Positions 27,828 to 37,359 of a DNA stretch of 47,404 nucleotides are shown in pieces (the first letter of the stretch is position 1; the number at the start of each line of letters is the position of its first letter). The position numbers and the translations under genes are program-made. Source of the stretch: Alphaproteobacteria bacterium (GTDB taxonomy: Bacteria > Pseudomonadota > Alphaproteobacteria > Sphingomonadales > Govanellaceae); assembly GCA_003695065.1 (NCBI GenBank), contig RFJA01000070.1, forward strand, positions 1 to 47,404, read 5' to 3'. The notes under the pieces were generated by a model. It saw only the letters and a program-made list of their open reading frames with translations, did not search any database and had not been told where the DNA came from.

Positions 27828-29297
27828 TCAGTCGTCAAAGCTGATGGTGACGTGGAAATAGTTGCCGCCTCGATAGATGCGGAACAGCGCCGACGGCCGG
27901 CCTTCCTTGCGGACCTCTTCGACACGCGCCACCACTTCTTCGGGGTTCTTCACGTCTTCAAGGGATACCGAGACGATCACATCGCCGCGGCGCAAACCCT
28001 GTTCCTGGGCGTGGCTGCCCGGTTCCACATGCAGGATGACCGCGCCTTCCACATCCTCGTCGATCCCCAGGCTCTCGCGCACCTCGGTGGTCAGAGAACC
28101 AAGGGTCATGGCGAGAACGGAGACTTCGTCACGGTCACCCGGGGCCTGGCCACCCAGGGACGCCTGGATCTTGTCCTCGTCGCGCTCGGCGATCTGGACG
28201 GTAAAGGTCTTGCGTTTGCCTTTGCGAAGCACCACGACCTCGACCTTCGACCCGATCGGCGTGTTGGCGACCATGCCGGGCAGGCGCTGGCGGGCATTAA
28301 CCTCCTTGCCGTCGTACTCGATGATGATATCGCCGGAGCGGATCCCCGCCTTTTCAGCCGGTCCGTCCGCGGTGACGGAGGACACCAGCGCGCCGCGGGC
28401 TTCGTCAAGGCCCAGGCTTTCAGCGGTCTCCCGGGTTACCGGCTGGAACGCAACCCCGAGCCAGCCGCGCTTGACTTCGCCCTTCTCGATAAGCTGGGTG
28501 ATGACGGTCTTTGCGAGATTGGAGGGGATCGAAAATCCGATGCCGTCATTGCCGCCGGACGGCGAAAAAATAGCGGTGTTGATGCCGATCACCTCGCCAT
28601 CAAGATTGAACATGGGGCCGCCCGAGTTGCCCGGATTGATGGACGAGTCGGTCTGGATGAAATCGTCGTACAGGCCGGTCTGGATGTTGCGGTTTCGTGC
28701 TGAGATGATGCCGGCGGTGACCGTACCGCTCAGGCCGAACGGGTTGCCAATGGTGATCACCCAGTCCCCGACCCGCGCCTTGTCGGAGTCGCCAAACTTG
28801 AGCGCCGTCAGCTTGTGTTTGGGATCAATGCGGATCACCGCAAGGTCGGTGGCCGGGTCGGTTCCCACCAGTTCGGCGTCATACTCCTCGCCCTCCTGAA
28901 ACTGGACCGTAATCTTGTCGGCGTCTTCGACCACGTGGTTGTTGGTCACGATGAGTCCCTTGGCGTCCACCACGAAGCCGGTGCCGCCGCCCGAACGCCG
29001 GCGCGGCGGAAGGGGCCGCTCGCGCTGTTCCGGTGCACGCGGGTCGAAGCGCCGCAAAAAATCTTCCAGCCCGCCGCCGGTGCGCGGCACCTCCTTGGTT
29101 ACGGTAATGTTGACCACCGAGGGCAGCACCTGTTCCGCCAGGTCGGCGAAGCTTGATGGCAGGTAGACCGGTTTGGCCACGCCGTCGCCGGGAGCGGCCA
29201 CAAGCGCCATGGCGACCAGGATGGCGCCAAGAAAAACGTTCAAAACCGGCCGAAAAAGGGGTTGCCCTGATCGTTGCACGCTGCTGTTCAGCCGCAC
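27828..29297 (-). CDS. degP: Periplasmic serine endoprotease, DegP/DegQ/HtrA family (two PDZ domains)
   Basis: It carries the trypsin-like catalytic triad context (TNNHVV, D in ...TDLAVIRI, GNSGGPMF) and two PDZ domains. The GTG at 29297 lies 6 nt after AAGGAGA and directly precedes the signal peptide. The 60 residues upstream in the long ORF look non-coding. Confidence 0.85.
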   Translation of the reverse strand: MRLNSSVQRSGQPLFRPVLNVFLGAILVAMALVAAPGDGVAKPVYLPSSFADLAEQVLPSVVNITVTKEVPRTGGGLEDFLRRFDPRAPEQRERPLPPRRRSGGGTGFVVDAKGLIVTNNHVVEDADKITVQFQEGEEYDAELVGTDPATDLAVIRIDPKHKLTALKFGDSDKARVGDWVITIGNPFGLSGTVTAGIISARNRNIQTGLYDDFIQTDSSINPGNSGGPMFNLDGEVIGINTAIFSPSGGNDGIGFSIPSNLAKTVITQLIEKGEVKRGWLGVAFQPVTRETAESLGLDEARGALVSSVTADGPAEKAGIRSGDIIIEYDGKEVNARQRLPGMVANTPIGSKVEVVVLRKGKRKTFTVQIAERDEDKIQASLGGQAPGDRDEVSVLAMTLGSLTTEVRESLGIDEDVEGAVILHVEPGSHAQEQGLRRGDVIVSVSLEDVKNPEEVVARVEEVRKEGRPSALFRIYRGGNYFHVTISFDD

Positions 29298-29473
29298 GAG
29301 ATCTCTCCTTGTTACTTTTGTCTCTCCCCCGGGGGCCCACCCGTCATGGACTGTCCGGGAAAAAGGTGACTGAAATATGGTTGTTCCCCCGGGGTGACAC
29401 AAGGCCCGCACGGGGCGCGCCCGGATATCTGACCAGGGTTCTGTCCCGGCCCGGGGAAATGCCCGTACCGCCA

Positions 29474-29659
29474 TCATCGCCGGACAGCCCAGACCACCAC
29501 GAAGCCGACCAAGGCGGCAATCAGCCCGGCGATGCGCAAGACCCGGCCTGGCTGGGCGATCGCCATCGCCATCATGCGCTGCATGGCTTCCGGAAAGAGG
29601 GCGTAAAGCACGCCTTCAATCACCAGCACCAGCCCGATCGCTACGATAAGGTCGTCCAC
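29474..29659 (-). CDS. DUF2065 small two-helix membrane protein
   Basis: The 61-aa product is MDDLIVAIGLVLVIEGVLYALFPEAMQRMM.... It sits in the conserved position after hflKC in alphaproteobacteria. Confidence 0.7.
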   Translation of the reverse strand: MDDLIVAIGLVLVIEGVLYALFPEAMQRMMAMAIAQPGRVLRIAGLIAALVGFVVVWAVRR

Positions 29660-29671
29660 CCGGGCTCCCGA

Positions 29672-30556
29672 TTACTTCTTTGCGTCCGTACGGCCTTCAA
29701 GGCTGTCGAGGAAGCGGAAGAATTCGCTGTCGGGCGACAACACGAGGGTCGTATCCTCGCCGTCGAGCGCCTTGGTGTAGGCCTGCATGGAGCGATAGAA
29801 AGCAAAGAAATCCACGTCCTTGCCAAAGGCGTCTGCAAAGATCTTGATGGCCCGGCTGTCACCTTCGCCGCGGATAATCTCGGCATCGCGCTGGGCCTCG
29901 GCGATGATAACTGTGCGCTCGCGATCGGCCCGGCTTCGGATACGCTGGGCCAGCTCCGCACCCTGGGCGCGGGCTTCCTTGGCTTCGCGCTCCCGCTCGG
30001 TCCGCATGCGGCGGAAGATCGCTTCGCTATTGGCTTCGGGCAGGTCGGCGCGCTTGATGCGAACATCAATCACATTGATGCCAAGCCCGGACGCGGCCTG
30101 GTTGACCGAGGTGCGAATGTCTTCGAGCAGCCGAAGACGCTCGGGGCTCAGGATCGAGGTAAAGGGCGCGCTGCCCAGGATCTTCCGGACCGTGGAATTG
30201 ACGATGGTCTCCAGCCGGTTGGCGGCGCCAAATTCATCCCCCACCGACTGGCGAACCTTCAGCGGGTCGGCGATGCGGAACCGGGCGAAGGCGTCCACGA
30301 TAACCCGCTTCTGGTCAGAGGTAATGATCTCCTGGGCCGGAGTATCGAGGTGCAAAATCCGCTTGTCCAGGATGGTCACGGACTGCCACGGCAGCTTGAA
30401 GTGCAATCCGGCGTCCTGGACGGTGCGCACCGGGCGGCCGAACTCCAGCACCAGCGCCTGTTCGGTCTCGAACACCCGGAACATGGAACTCAGGCCGCCC
30501 GCCACGAGCAGAACCAGCAGGACAAGAAGGGTGACTTTACGCGTTCCCATGATCAC
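29672..30556 (-). CDS. hflC: Protease modulator HflC (SPFH/band-7)
   Basis: It has an N-terminal anchor and an SPFH domain (..RVFETEQALVLEFGRP..). The gene overlaps the hflK stop by 4 nt. Confidence 0.9.
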   Translation of the reverse strand: MIMGTRKVTLLVLLVLLVAGGLSSMFRVFETEQALVLEFGRPVRTVQDAGLHFKLPWQSVTILDKRILHLDTPAQEIITSDQKRVIVDAFARFRIADPLKVRQSVGDEFGAANRLETIVNSTVRKILGSAPFTSILSPERLRLLEDIRTSVNQAASGLGINVIDVRIKRADLPEANSEAIFRRMRTEREREAKEARAQGAELAQRIRSRADRERTVIIAEAQRDAEIIRGEGDSRAIKIFADAFGKDVDFFAFYRSMQAYTKALDGEDTTLVLSPDSEFFRFLDSLEGRTDAKK

Positions 30557-31626
30557 TCTCCCCGCCGTTTCTGGACTTCGGGCAATGGCAGGTAGGGCAC
30601 CACGCCGGTCCCCGCCTTGTCGTCCACGATGATCTTGCTCATACCTTTGAGGATCTGTTCCATGGTCTCCAGATAGATTCGCTGGCGGGTCACGTCCTTG
30701 GCCTGTTTGTAGGCTTCGTAGACCGCCAGGAAACGCGACGCTTCACCATCGGCCCGGGCAATCACCTGTTCGCGGTAGGCTTCGGCTTCCTGAAGCATCT
30801 TGGCGGCTTCACCACGGGCCCGCGGGATGATGTCGTTCTGGTAGGCTTCGGCCTCGTTCTGCAGGCGCTCCTTGTCGGCCTGGGCGGCCTGGACGTCGCG
30901 GAACGCGTCCACCACCGAGGCTGGCGGATCCACCTCCGACAGCTTGACCTCACGGATGTAGACACCGGAATCGTAGCTGTCGAGGACGGTCTGAATCTTC
31001 TCCAGCGCTTTTTGCTCGATCTCCGCCCGCCCTTCGGTCAGGGCCGACTGCAGTGGGGTCTGGCCGATGATCTCGCGCATCACACTTTCGGCCACCGCCT
31101 TGATGGTCAGTTCCTGATACTGGATATTGAACAGGAACTTTCCGGCATCCTTGATCTGCCAGAACACCGAATATTCAAGCTCGGCAATGTTTTCGTCGCC
31201 GGTGAGCATGGAGCGCTCCCGGTTGAAGTCACTAAGACGCTGGCCGCGGCGTGCCGGCCCGTCTCCGGCAAAGCCGATATCAACCCGGTTGACCACTGTC
31301 ACCTTGGGGGTGAGCACCGACTCGATGGGGACGGGCAGGTGATAATGGAGCCCGGGACCCGTGGTCTCCACCCATTTGCCAAAACGCAGCACCACACCCT
31401 GTTCGTTCTGGTCCACCCGATAAAGACCGGTGGCCAGCCATCCCAGCAGGACGAGCGCGATGATGATCACCAGGCCCTTTCCGCCGAACCCGCCGGGGAA
31501 CGCGCCCTTGAGCTGCTCCTGTCCCTTTCTGATCAGGTCATCGAGGTTTGGTGGCTGCTGGCCACCACCGCCGGGGCCCTGCCCCCACGGGTTGCGTCCA
31601 CCACCGGGATTGTTCTGCCAGGGCAT
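30553..31626 (-). CDS. hflK: Protease modulator HflK (SPFH/band-7)
   Basis: It has a Gly-rich N-terminus (MPWQNNPGGGRNPWGQGPGGGGQQPP), a single membrane helix, an SPFH domain and a coiled-coil tail. Confidence 0.9.
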   Translation of the reverse strand: MPWQNNPGGGRNPWGQGPGGGGQQPPNLDDLIRKGQEQLKGAFPGGFGGKGLVIIIALVLLGWLATGLYRVDQNEQGVVLRFGKWVETTGPGLHYHLPVPIESVLTPKVTVVNRVDIGFAGDGPARRGQRLSDFNRERSMLTGDENIAELEYSVFWQIKDAGKFLFNIQYQELTIKAVAESVMREIIGQTPLQSALTEGRAEIEQKALEKIQTVLDSYDSGVYIREVKLSEVDPPASVVDAFRDVQAAQADKERLQNEAEAYQNDIIPRARGEAAKMLQEAEAYREQVIARADGEASRFLAVYEAYKQAKDVTRQRIYLETMEQILKGMSKIIVDDKAGTGVVPYLPLPEVQKRRGE

Positions 31627-31766
31627 GAAACACCTTTCCTTGGTCTTCGACTCGGCGGCTTTGGTGCTGCCGTTTGACTGTCTTGGGTTATATGATACTC
31701 AAGGACTCGGTGCAACGATTGCCGGGCTTTCCTGTACCCTTTTACGGATTTACGGAGACTGAATGA

Positions 31767-32873
31767 ATGACAGCGATCGACCGCGAAAAGGTTCTTGATG
31801 CCCTGCGGGCTGTGACCGATCCCGAAAGCGGGGGCAATGTGGTCGACGCCGGGATGATCCAGGGACTCGTCATCAAGGAGGGCCAGGTGGGCTTCACCAT
31901 CGAGATCCCCCCGGACAAGGCCGAGGCGATGGAGGCGCTGCGTGAAGCGTGTGAGGCAGCGGTGGCTCGGCTGCCCGGGGTCAAAAAGGTGATGGCGGTG
32001 CTCACGGCCGAGCGTCCACCTGCGCCGGCCCAATCTGCTGCTGCTGAACCCGGGCGCCCCGCGCCGCCCCGCCCAGCGCCGATCCCGGGGGTGCGCAACG
32101 TTGTTGCGGTGGCCAGCGGAAAGGGCGGTGTTGGCAAGTCGACGACGGCGATCAATCTTGCGGTGGGCCTGTCGCGCCTCGGCCTCAGGGTAGCGGTTCT
32201 GGACGCAGACATTTACGGACCGTCCGTGCCCATGCTGCTCGGGCTCGATGAGCGGCCAGAGCTGGACGAAAACAAGAAGATCATCCCGATGCAGGCTCAT
32301 GGAATTGTCGCCATGTCCATCGGTTCTCTGATCGAAGGCGATACCGCCATGATCTGGCGCGGGCCCATGGTGATGGGCGCGTTGCAGCAATTGCTTGCCG
32401 ATGTGGCGTGGGACCGGTTCGGCCCCATTGATGTCATGGTGGTTGACATGCCCCCGGGCACCGGTGACGCCCAGCTCACCATGGCGCAACGGGTACCGCT
32501 GGCCGGGGCGGTGATCGTCTCGACGCCCCAGGACATAGCGCTGATCGACGCGCGCAAGGGGATCAACATGTTCGAACGGGTCGAGGTGCCGGTGCTCGGC
32601 GTGATCGAGAACATGAGCACATTCGTCTGCCCCCATTGTGGTGAGCAATCCCATATCTTTGGCCATGGCGGCGCCCGGGAAACGGCGGACAAGCTCGGCG
32701 TGCCGTTCCTCGGTGCGATCCCTCTCCATCTTGCCATCCGCGAGACGTCGGATGCCGGCGCCCCCATCGTGGCCAGCGATCCGTCGAGCGATCACGCCAA
32801 AGCCTATATGGATATTGCGGCCAAGGTGGCCGAGCATCTCAAACTGGACATGGCGCGGGGTGCCGTTTCGTGA
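31767..32873 (+). CDS. apbC: Fe-S cluster carrier ATPase (Mrp/ApbC/NBP35) with N-terminal DUF59/MIP18 domain
   Basis: It has a DUF59-like N-terminus (VLDALRAVTDPESGGNVVDAGMIQGL), the deviant Walker A ASGKGGVGKST, and the CPHCG cluster-ligand motif. Confidence 0.9.
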   Translation: MTAIDREKVLDALRAVTDPESGGNVVDAGMIQGLVIKEGQVGFTIEIPPDKAEAMEALREACEAAVARLPGVKKVMAVLTAERPPAPAQSAAAEPGRPAPPRPAPIPGVRNVVAVASGKGGVGKSTTAINLAVGLSRLGLRVAVLDADIYGPSVPMLLGLDERPELDENKKIIPMQAHGIVAMSIGSLIEGDTAMIWRGPMVMGALQQLLADVAWDRFGPIDVMVVDMPPGTGDAQLTMAQRVPLAGAVIVSTPQDIALIDARKGINMFERVEVPVLGVIENMSTFVCPHCGEQSHIFGHGGARETADKLGVPFLGAIPLHLAIRETSDAGAPIVASDPSSDHAKAYMDIAAKVAEHLKLDMARGAVS

Positions 32874-33283
32874 CACAGACCGACGAGGAACTGCGCCACA
32901 CCCTGACCACCGTCAGGACCATCGCCCTGGTCGGCGCGTCCGACCGACCCAACCGCGCGGCCTTTGGTGTCATGCGGTTTCTGCAGTAGAAGGGCTATCG
33001 GGTGATCCCCGTGAACCCGCGTCTGGCCGGTCAGGATCTGATGGGCGCGCGGGTTTATGCCACGCTCACGGACATCCCTGAAAGGGTGGATATGGTGGAC
33101 GTGTTTCGACGTCTCGACGAGGTGCCCGCAGTGGTTGACGAGGCGATCCGTATCGGTGCCAGGGTGGTCTGGCTGCAGCTTGGTCTGGTGGATCTGGACG
33201 CAGCCTCGCGCGCCCGCGCCGCCGGCCTGAGCGTGGTCATGGACCGCTGTCCGGCGATCGAAATTCCGCGTCTTGGCCTCTGA
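32870..33283 (+). pseudogene. CoA-binding domain protein (YccU/YneT-like) with an in-frame TAG at codon 40
   Basis: The GTG at 32870 overlaps the apbC stop. It encodes VTQTDEELRHTLTTVRTIALVGASDRPNRAAFGVMRFLQ, then TAG at 32987-32989, then [23 protein letters not shown]... in the same frame. The family motif runs straight across the stop. Confidence 0.7.
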
Positions 33284-33301
33284 TAATCAGGAAAGGCCCG
33301 G

Positions 33302-33895
33302 TTACGCGAAATCCTCGGCGAGTGTCGCGCGGGTTTCCTCGGGCAGGACGGCCATATGGCTGTAGCCTTCATGGCCGATGACGAACGTGACCCGGGTGCC
33401 GGGCTCTTTGAACGCCTTGATCTGCTCGTCGGTAAAGGGGAAGTGGAGGAAATGCACCGAAGAGGTTTTGCCGCCGGGCTTGGAGCGTTCCACATCACCC
33501 TCTGGCATAGCCTTTATCCTGTGGCCTGAGAATTCGAGCGCGATGGTATCTTCGACCCCGCCCAGCGCGCCCAGCAGTTTTTCCCGCCGCGCCTTGTCAT
33601 CGATCTCGAACATCAGGGTGCAGGTCAGCTCCCGGCCATTTGGGACCATCGGATTATAGGCCCGGAGTTCATCTTCGATCTGGGCTTCGCCGCCTTTCTC
33701 GATATAAAGCATGTCCTGGATCTGCAGCCACATGCTGTCCCAGCATTCAAAGGTCACGGTGACATAGGGACCGACCGCGATCTGGCGCTTGCGTTTGCGC
33801 ACCACATTCTCTGCGCGTTTCTCGGCCCGGATCAGTTTGTAGTCGTCGTTGGAAATAATGTCGTCACGCGTGATTTTTCGCGCTTCGCGCGGCAT
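33302..33895 (-). CDS. DUF3501 family protein
   Basis: ...ITRDDIISNDDYKLIRAEKRAENVVRKRKRQIAVGPYVTVTFECWDSMWLQIQDMLYIEKGG... matches my recollection of DUF3501. It is in operon position after a CCG-domain Fe-S protein. Confidence 0.65.
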   Translation of the reverse strand: MPREARKITRDDIISNDDYKLIRAEKRAENVVRKRKRQIAVGPYVTVTFECWDSMWLQIQDMLYIEKGGEAQIEDELRAYNPMVPNGRELTCTLMFEIDDKARREKLLGALGGVEDTIALEFSGHRIKAMPEGDVERSKPGGKTSSVHFLHFPFTDEQIKAFKEPGTRVTFVIGHEGYSHMAVLPEETRATLAEDFA

Positions 33896-33916
33896 CGGTA
33901 TGGCCTCCCTGTTTCG

Positions 33917-35254
33917 TCAAATCCCGTAGGATCTGGCAATCAGTTCAATGGGGTGAAAGGCCCTTTCGGGGGCTTTTTCGGCGTCTTCGCGCTCCATCAC
34001 CTGGACCAGATGGTCGGCGGCCAGCGGGCATTCGGAGACGGTGTAGGACGCCCCGTTGCGCAGGGCGGCGCGCGCCGTGTTTCTGCCCACCTTGAGGGCC
34101 GTTTCAAAATGTTCCTTCATCATGCCCCACTTGCCGCCGTGACCCGAGCAGCGCTCGATCACCTGAACCTTGGTGTCGGGGATCAGACGCAGCATCTCGG
34201 CGCCTTTCGGGCCCATGTTCTGGGCCCGGGCATGGCAGGCGAGATGAATGGTCACGTCGCCATCGAGGGGTTTCATGCCGTCGGCCAGTCCCTCCTTCCT
34301 GGCGATATCCACCACATATTCCGAGAGATCGAATGTGGCTTCGCTGAGCATCTTCACATCCTCGTTGTCGGGCAGGATGAGCGGCCACTCGAACTTGAGC
34401 ATCAGCGCGCAGGACGGAATGAGCGCCACCACGTCATAGCCCTCGTCCTCAATCAGCGGACGGAACGCCGCTGCGACGGTTCTTGCCTGTTCTGCCACCG
34501 CTTCGAGGTCGCCATTCTCCAGCTTTGGCATGCCGCAGCAGCCGCGATGCAGGACCCGGGTCTCCACCCCGTTGCGCGCCAGAACGTTGCGCGCCTTCAT
34601 GCCGATTTCCGGGTTGTTGTAGTTGGTAAAACAGGTGGCGTAGAGCACCACCTTGCGCCCTTTGGCCGGGGCGTTCGGGTTGACCTCGACCGGTTCGGCC
34701 CGGTCGCGTTTTTCGAAGGTCTTGCCATGAAACCGGGGTACCTCGGCATCGCGGTGGACATGGGCCACTGTCTCCAGCACAGGGCGGCTCAGCTTGTTGC
34801 CGCGCCGGGTCGCCCAGTTGACCAGGCCGTCGATGGGGCCGGCAAGTTTGCCATTGCGGTCGGTCTCGGCAAACTGGCGATCAACGAAACTGCGTTCACC
34901 CCGTTTGAATGCGGCGGCACGGTAGCGCAGCATCAGATGGGGAAAGTCCAGATTGAATTCGTGCGGCGGCACGTAGGGACATTTGGTCATGAAGCACATG
35001 TCGCACAGTGTGCAGGCGTCCACGACGGCCTTGAAGTCCCTGGAGTCAACAGAATCAAGCTCGCCCGTCTCTGATTCGTCAATCAGTTCAAAGAGCCGGG
35101 GGAAGGAATCGCACAGATTGAAACAGCGCCGGCAACCATGACAGATGTCGAAGACCCGGCGCAACTCGGCGTCAATGGCGTCGCTATCGTAGAAAGCCGG
35201 ATCCTGCCAGTCGATGGGGTGACGTGTCGGGGCGTCCAGGCTGCCTTCTCTCAT
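33917..35254 (-). CDS. Heterodisulfide-reductase-related Fe-S protein (2x4Fe-4S ferredoxin-like Cys clusters plus CCG domains; GlpC/HdrD-like)
   Basis: It carries CHGCRRCFNLCDSFP and CTLCDMCFMTKCPY clusters, then two CCG-type motifs (..ATCFTNY...CCGMP.. and ..IPSCALM...HLACHA...CSGHGG). Confidence 0.75.
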   Translation of the reverse strand: MREGSLDAPTRHPIDWQDPAFYDSDAIDAELRRVFDICHGCRRCFNLCDSFPRLFELIDESETGELDSVDSRDFKAVVDACTLCDMCFMTKCPYVPPHEFNLDFPHLMLRYRAAAFKRGERSFVDRQFAETDRNGKLAGPIDGLVNWATRRGNKLSRPVLETVAHVHRDAEVPRFHGKTFEKRDRAEPVEVNPNAPAKGRKVVLYATCFTNYNNPEIGMKARNVLARNGVETRVLHRGCCGMPKLENGDLEAVAEQARTVAAAFRPLIEDEGYDVVALIPSCALMLKFEWPLILPDNEDVKMLSEATFDLSEYVVDIARKEGLADGMKPLDGDVTIHLACHARAQNMGPKGAEMLRLIPDTKVQVIERCSGHGGKWGMMKEHFETALKVGRNTARAALRNGASYTVSECPLAADHLVQVMEREDAEKAPERAFHPIELIARSYGI

Positions 35255-35366
35255 GGTCGTTCCTCAGGCTGTTGTCTGGCGTTTGGTGTGTTGCACTGTG
35301 GACTGGTCGCCGCCCCGCGCAGGGCGAGCGCGCGTGAGCGGCGACCGAATTTTCGAGTCAGTCAAA

Positions 35367-35786
35367 TTACACCAGTTCGTCGAGCGCTTTCTGGAAGCGT
35401 CCCGCATGGGACTTTTCAGCCTTGGCCAGTGTTTCGAACCAGTCGGCGATTTCGTCGAAGCCTTCTTCGCGCGCCGTCTTGGCCATCCCCGGATACATGT
35501 CCGTGTATTCATGGGTCTCGCCGGCGATGGCGGCTTTCAGGTTGGCTTCGGTATTGCCGATGGGCTCGCCGGTGGCCGGGTCACCCACTTCTTCAAGAAA
35601 TTCGAGGTGGCCGTGGGCATGGCCGGTCTCGCCTTCCGCGGTGGAGCGGAACACCGCCGCCACATCATTGTAGCCTTCCACGTCGGCCTTCTGGGCGAAA
35701 TAGAGATAACGGCGGTTGGCCTGGCTTTCGCCGGCAAAGGCTTCTTTCAGATTTTGCTCGGTCTTGCTACCTTTAAGACTTGCCAT
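35367..35786 (-). CDS. Rubrerythrin-family diiron protein (no rubredoxin domain)
   Basis: The 139-aa product begins [23 protein letters not shown] and has two ExxH-containing helices ([27 protein letters not shown]). Confidence 0.85.
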   Translation of the reverse strand: MASLKGSKTEQNLKEAFAGESQANRRYLYFAQKADVEGYNDVAAVFRSTAEGETGHAHGHLEFLEEVGDPATGEPIGNTEANLKAAIAGETHEYTDMYPGMAKTAREEGFDEIADWFETLAKAEKSHAGRFQKALDELV

Positions 35787-35901
35787 TAGTGCCTCTCCTC
35801 ACATTTTGCATAGACGGAAACGAAGCGGGGGAACTGCTTCGCAGATGATGGCTCAACCATCTGCCATATGAGTCTAGTGCGCGGCGCGCCTTTGTCAATA
35901 A

Positions 35902-35918
35902 ATTAGAATAGTTTTAAA
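35902..35918. promoter_or_regulatory. Irr-box / iron control element (ICE)-like motif upstream of the rubrerythrin operon
   Basis: ATTAGAA-TAG-TTTTAAA matches the ICE consensus TTTAGAA-N3-TTCTAAA at 12 of 14 half-site positions. It lies 116 nt upstream of the rubrerythrin ATG. Confidence 0.4.
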
Positions 35919-35931
35919 CTGAGAATCGATC

Positions 35932-36441
35932 TCAGGAAGAGCGCCGCGCGTAGGTCACCGCCCGCCAGGCAGGGGCGTCGCCCGTGGCGGGATGGTCTTG
36001 TGCCGCGACCTCTGCCCACTCCGCTGGGTCGAGTGGCGGAAAGAAGGCGTCGCCCTGGGGCTCCAGATTCACCTCTGTCAGGTAGATGCGGTTGGCATGG
36101 GGTAGCGCCAGGGCGTAAATTTCCGCCCCGCCGACCACCGGGATTTCGTCTGCGCCGCGGATTTTGGCAAGGCGTTCGGCGATTGCCCACGCCGCGTCCC
36201 ACGACCGGGCCACGTGAACGCCCTCCGCGCTGAAATCAGCCTGGCGGGTAATGACGACGGTGTCACGGCCGGGGAGCGGCCTGCCGATGGATTGAAATGT
36301 CTTGCGCCCCATGATCATGGGTTTGCCCATGGTCAGCGCCTTGAAGTGCTTCAGGTCGGCGGGCAGGTGCCAGGGCAGTGCGCCCCGGTTGCCGATGACC
36401 CCATTGCGGGCGACGGCAACCACTAAGACCACGTCGGCCAT
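35932..36441 (-). CDS. folA: Dihydrofolate reductase
   Basis: The 169-aa product carries VVAVARNGVIG..G.LPWHLP.DLK.FK..T.GKP.IMGRKT..SIG.PLPGR. Confidence 0.9.
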   Translation of the reverse strand: MADVVLVVAVARNGVIGNRGALPWHLPADLKHFKALTMGKPMIMGRKTFQSIGRPLPGRDTVVITRQADFSAEGVHVARSWDAAWAIAERLAKIRGADEIPVVGGAEIYALALPHANRIYLTEVNLEPQGDAFFPPLDPAEWAEVAAQDHPATGDAPAWRAVTYARRSS

Positions 36442-36444
36442 GGC

Positions 36445-37239
36445 TCAGACCGCCACCTTGGCCGGAATGTGCGGGTGGAAGCGATAATTCTCCAGCGTGA
36501 AGTCGTCATAGTCGAACGCGAACAGATCGGTGACCGCCGGGTTGAGCCGCATGGTCGGCAGCGGGTAGGGCGTTCGTTCAAGCTGGGTGCGGGCCTGTTC
36601 GAAGTGGTTCGCATAGAGGTGGGCATCACCCAGGGTATGGACAAAGTCACCAGGTTCCAGCCCGGTCACCTGGGCGATCATCATGGTCAGCAGGGCGTAG
36701 GATGCAATATTGAAGGGCACGCCCAGAAAGATGTCGGCCGACCGCTGGTAGAGCTGGCAGGACAGCCGGCCTCTGGCCACGTAGAACTGGAACAGACAAT
36801 GACAGGGCGGCAGGGCCATGGAGTCCACATCCGCCGGGTTCCAGGCGCTGACCAGCAGCCGGCGTGAGTCGGGGTTGTGGCGGATTTCTTCGACAACCCG
36901 GGAAATCTGGTCGATGGTTCGTCCATCCGGTGCGGCCCACGACCGCCACTGCTTGCCATAGACCGGACCGAGCTCGCCCGAAGGGTCGGCCCATTCGTCC
37001 CAGATGGTCACGCCGTAGTCGTTCAGATACTTGATGTTGGTGTCCCCTTTGAGGAACCACAGAAGCTCGTAGATGATCGACCTGAGATGCAGTTTCTTGG
37101 TGGTGAGCAGCGGAAAACCGGCCGACAGGTCGAATCGCATCTGATAACCAAAGACACTGCGTGTGCCCGTGCCGGTCCGGTCATCCTTGTCGGTTCCGTG
37201 CTCCAGCACATGGCGCAGAAGATCAAGATATTGCCTCAT
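36445..37239 (-). CDS. thyA: Thymidylate synthase (ThyA type)
   Basis: The 264-aa product carries [29 protein letters not shown]...LPPCH..FQFYV...[17 protein letters not shown]. Confidence 0.95.
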   Translation of the reverse strand: MRQYLDLLRHVLEHGTDKDDRTGTGTRSVFGYQMRFDLSAGFPLLTTKKLHLRSIIYELLWFLKGDTNIKYLNDYGVTIWDEWADPSGELGPVYGKQWRSWAAPDGRTIDQISRVVEEIRHNPDSRRLLVSAWNPADVDSMALPPCHCLFQFYVARGRLSCQLYQRSADIFLGVPFNIASYALLTMMIAQVTGLEPGDFVHTLGDAHLYANHFEQARTQLERTPYPLPTMRLNPAVTDLFAFDYDDFTLENYRFHPHIPAKVAV

Positions 37240-37359
37240 TCCCTGCCTGGTCTCTCTATATCTGGTAATTTTCTTCTTACGTGATTCGGTTGGTCTTGCC
37301 CAGTCCCTGAACGCGGGAATGCCAAGGACCTTTGAAATCTCGCCGCGCCATTCTATATT

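Noticed and set aside
29298-29477. Long 549-aa version of the DegP ORF with an ATGA overlap to DUF2065
   Set aside because: The extra 60 residues precede the signal peptide and have no protease-family similarity. The GTG at 29297 has a strong AAGGAGA Shine-Dalgarno sequence, so the shorter form was preferred.
29153-30595. 480-aa ORF on the plus strand
   Set aside because: It is antisense to DUF2065 and hflC and has the same GC-rich artefact composition.
31533-32876. 447-aa ORF on the minus strand
   Set aside because: It lies entirely antisense to the well-supported apbC gene. Its Arg/Gly/His/Pro-rich composition is typical of out-of-frame translation of GC-rich DNA, and it has no motifs.
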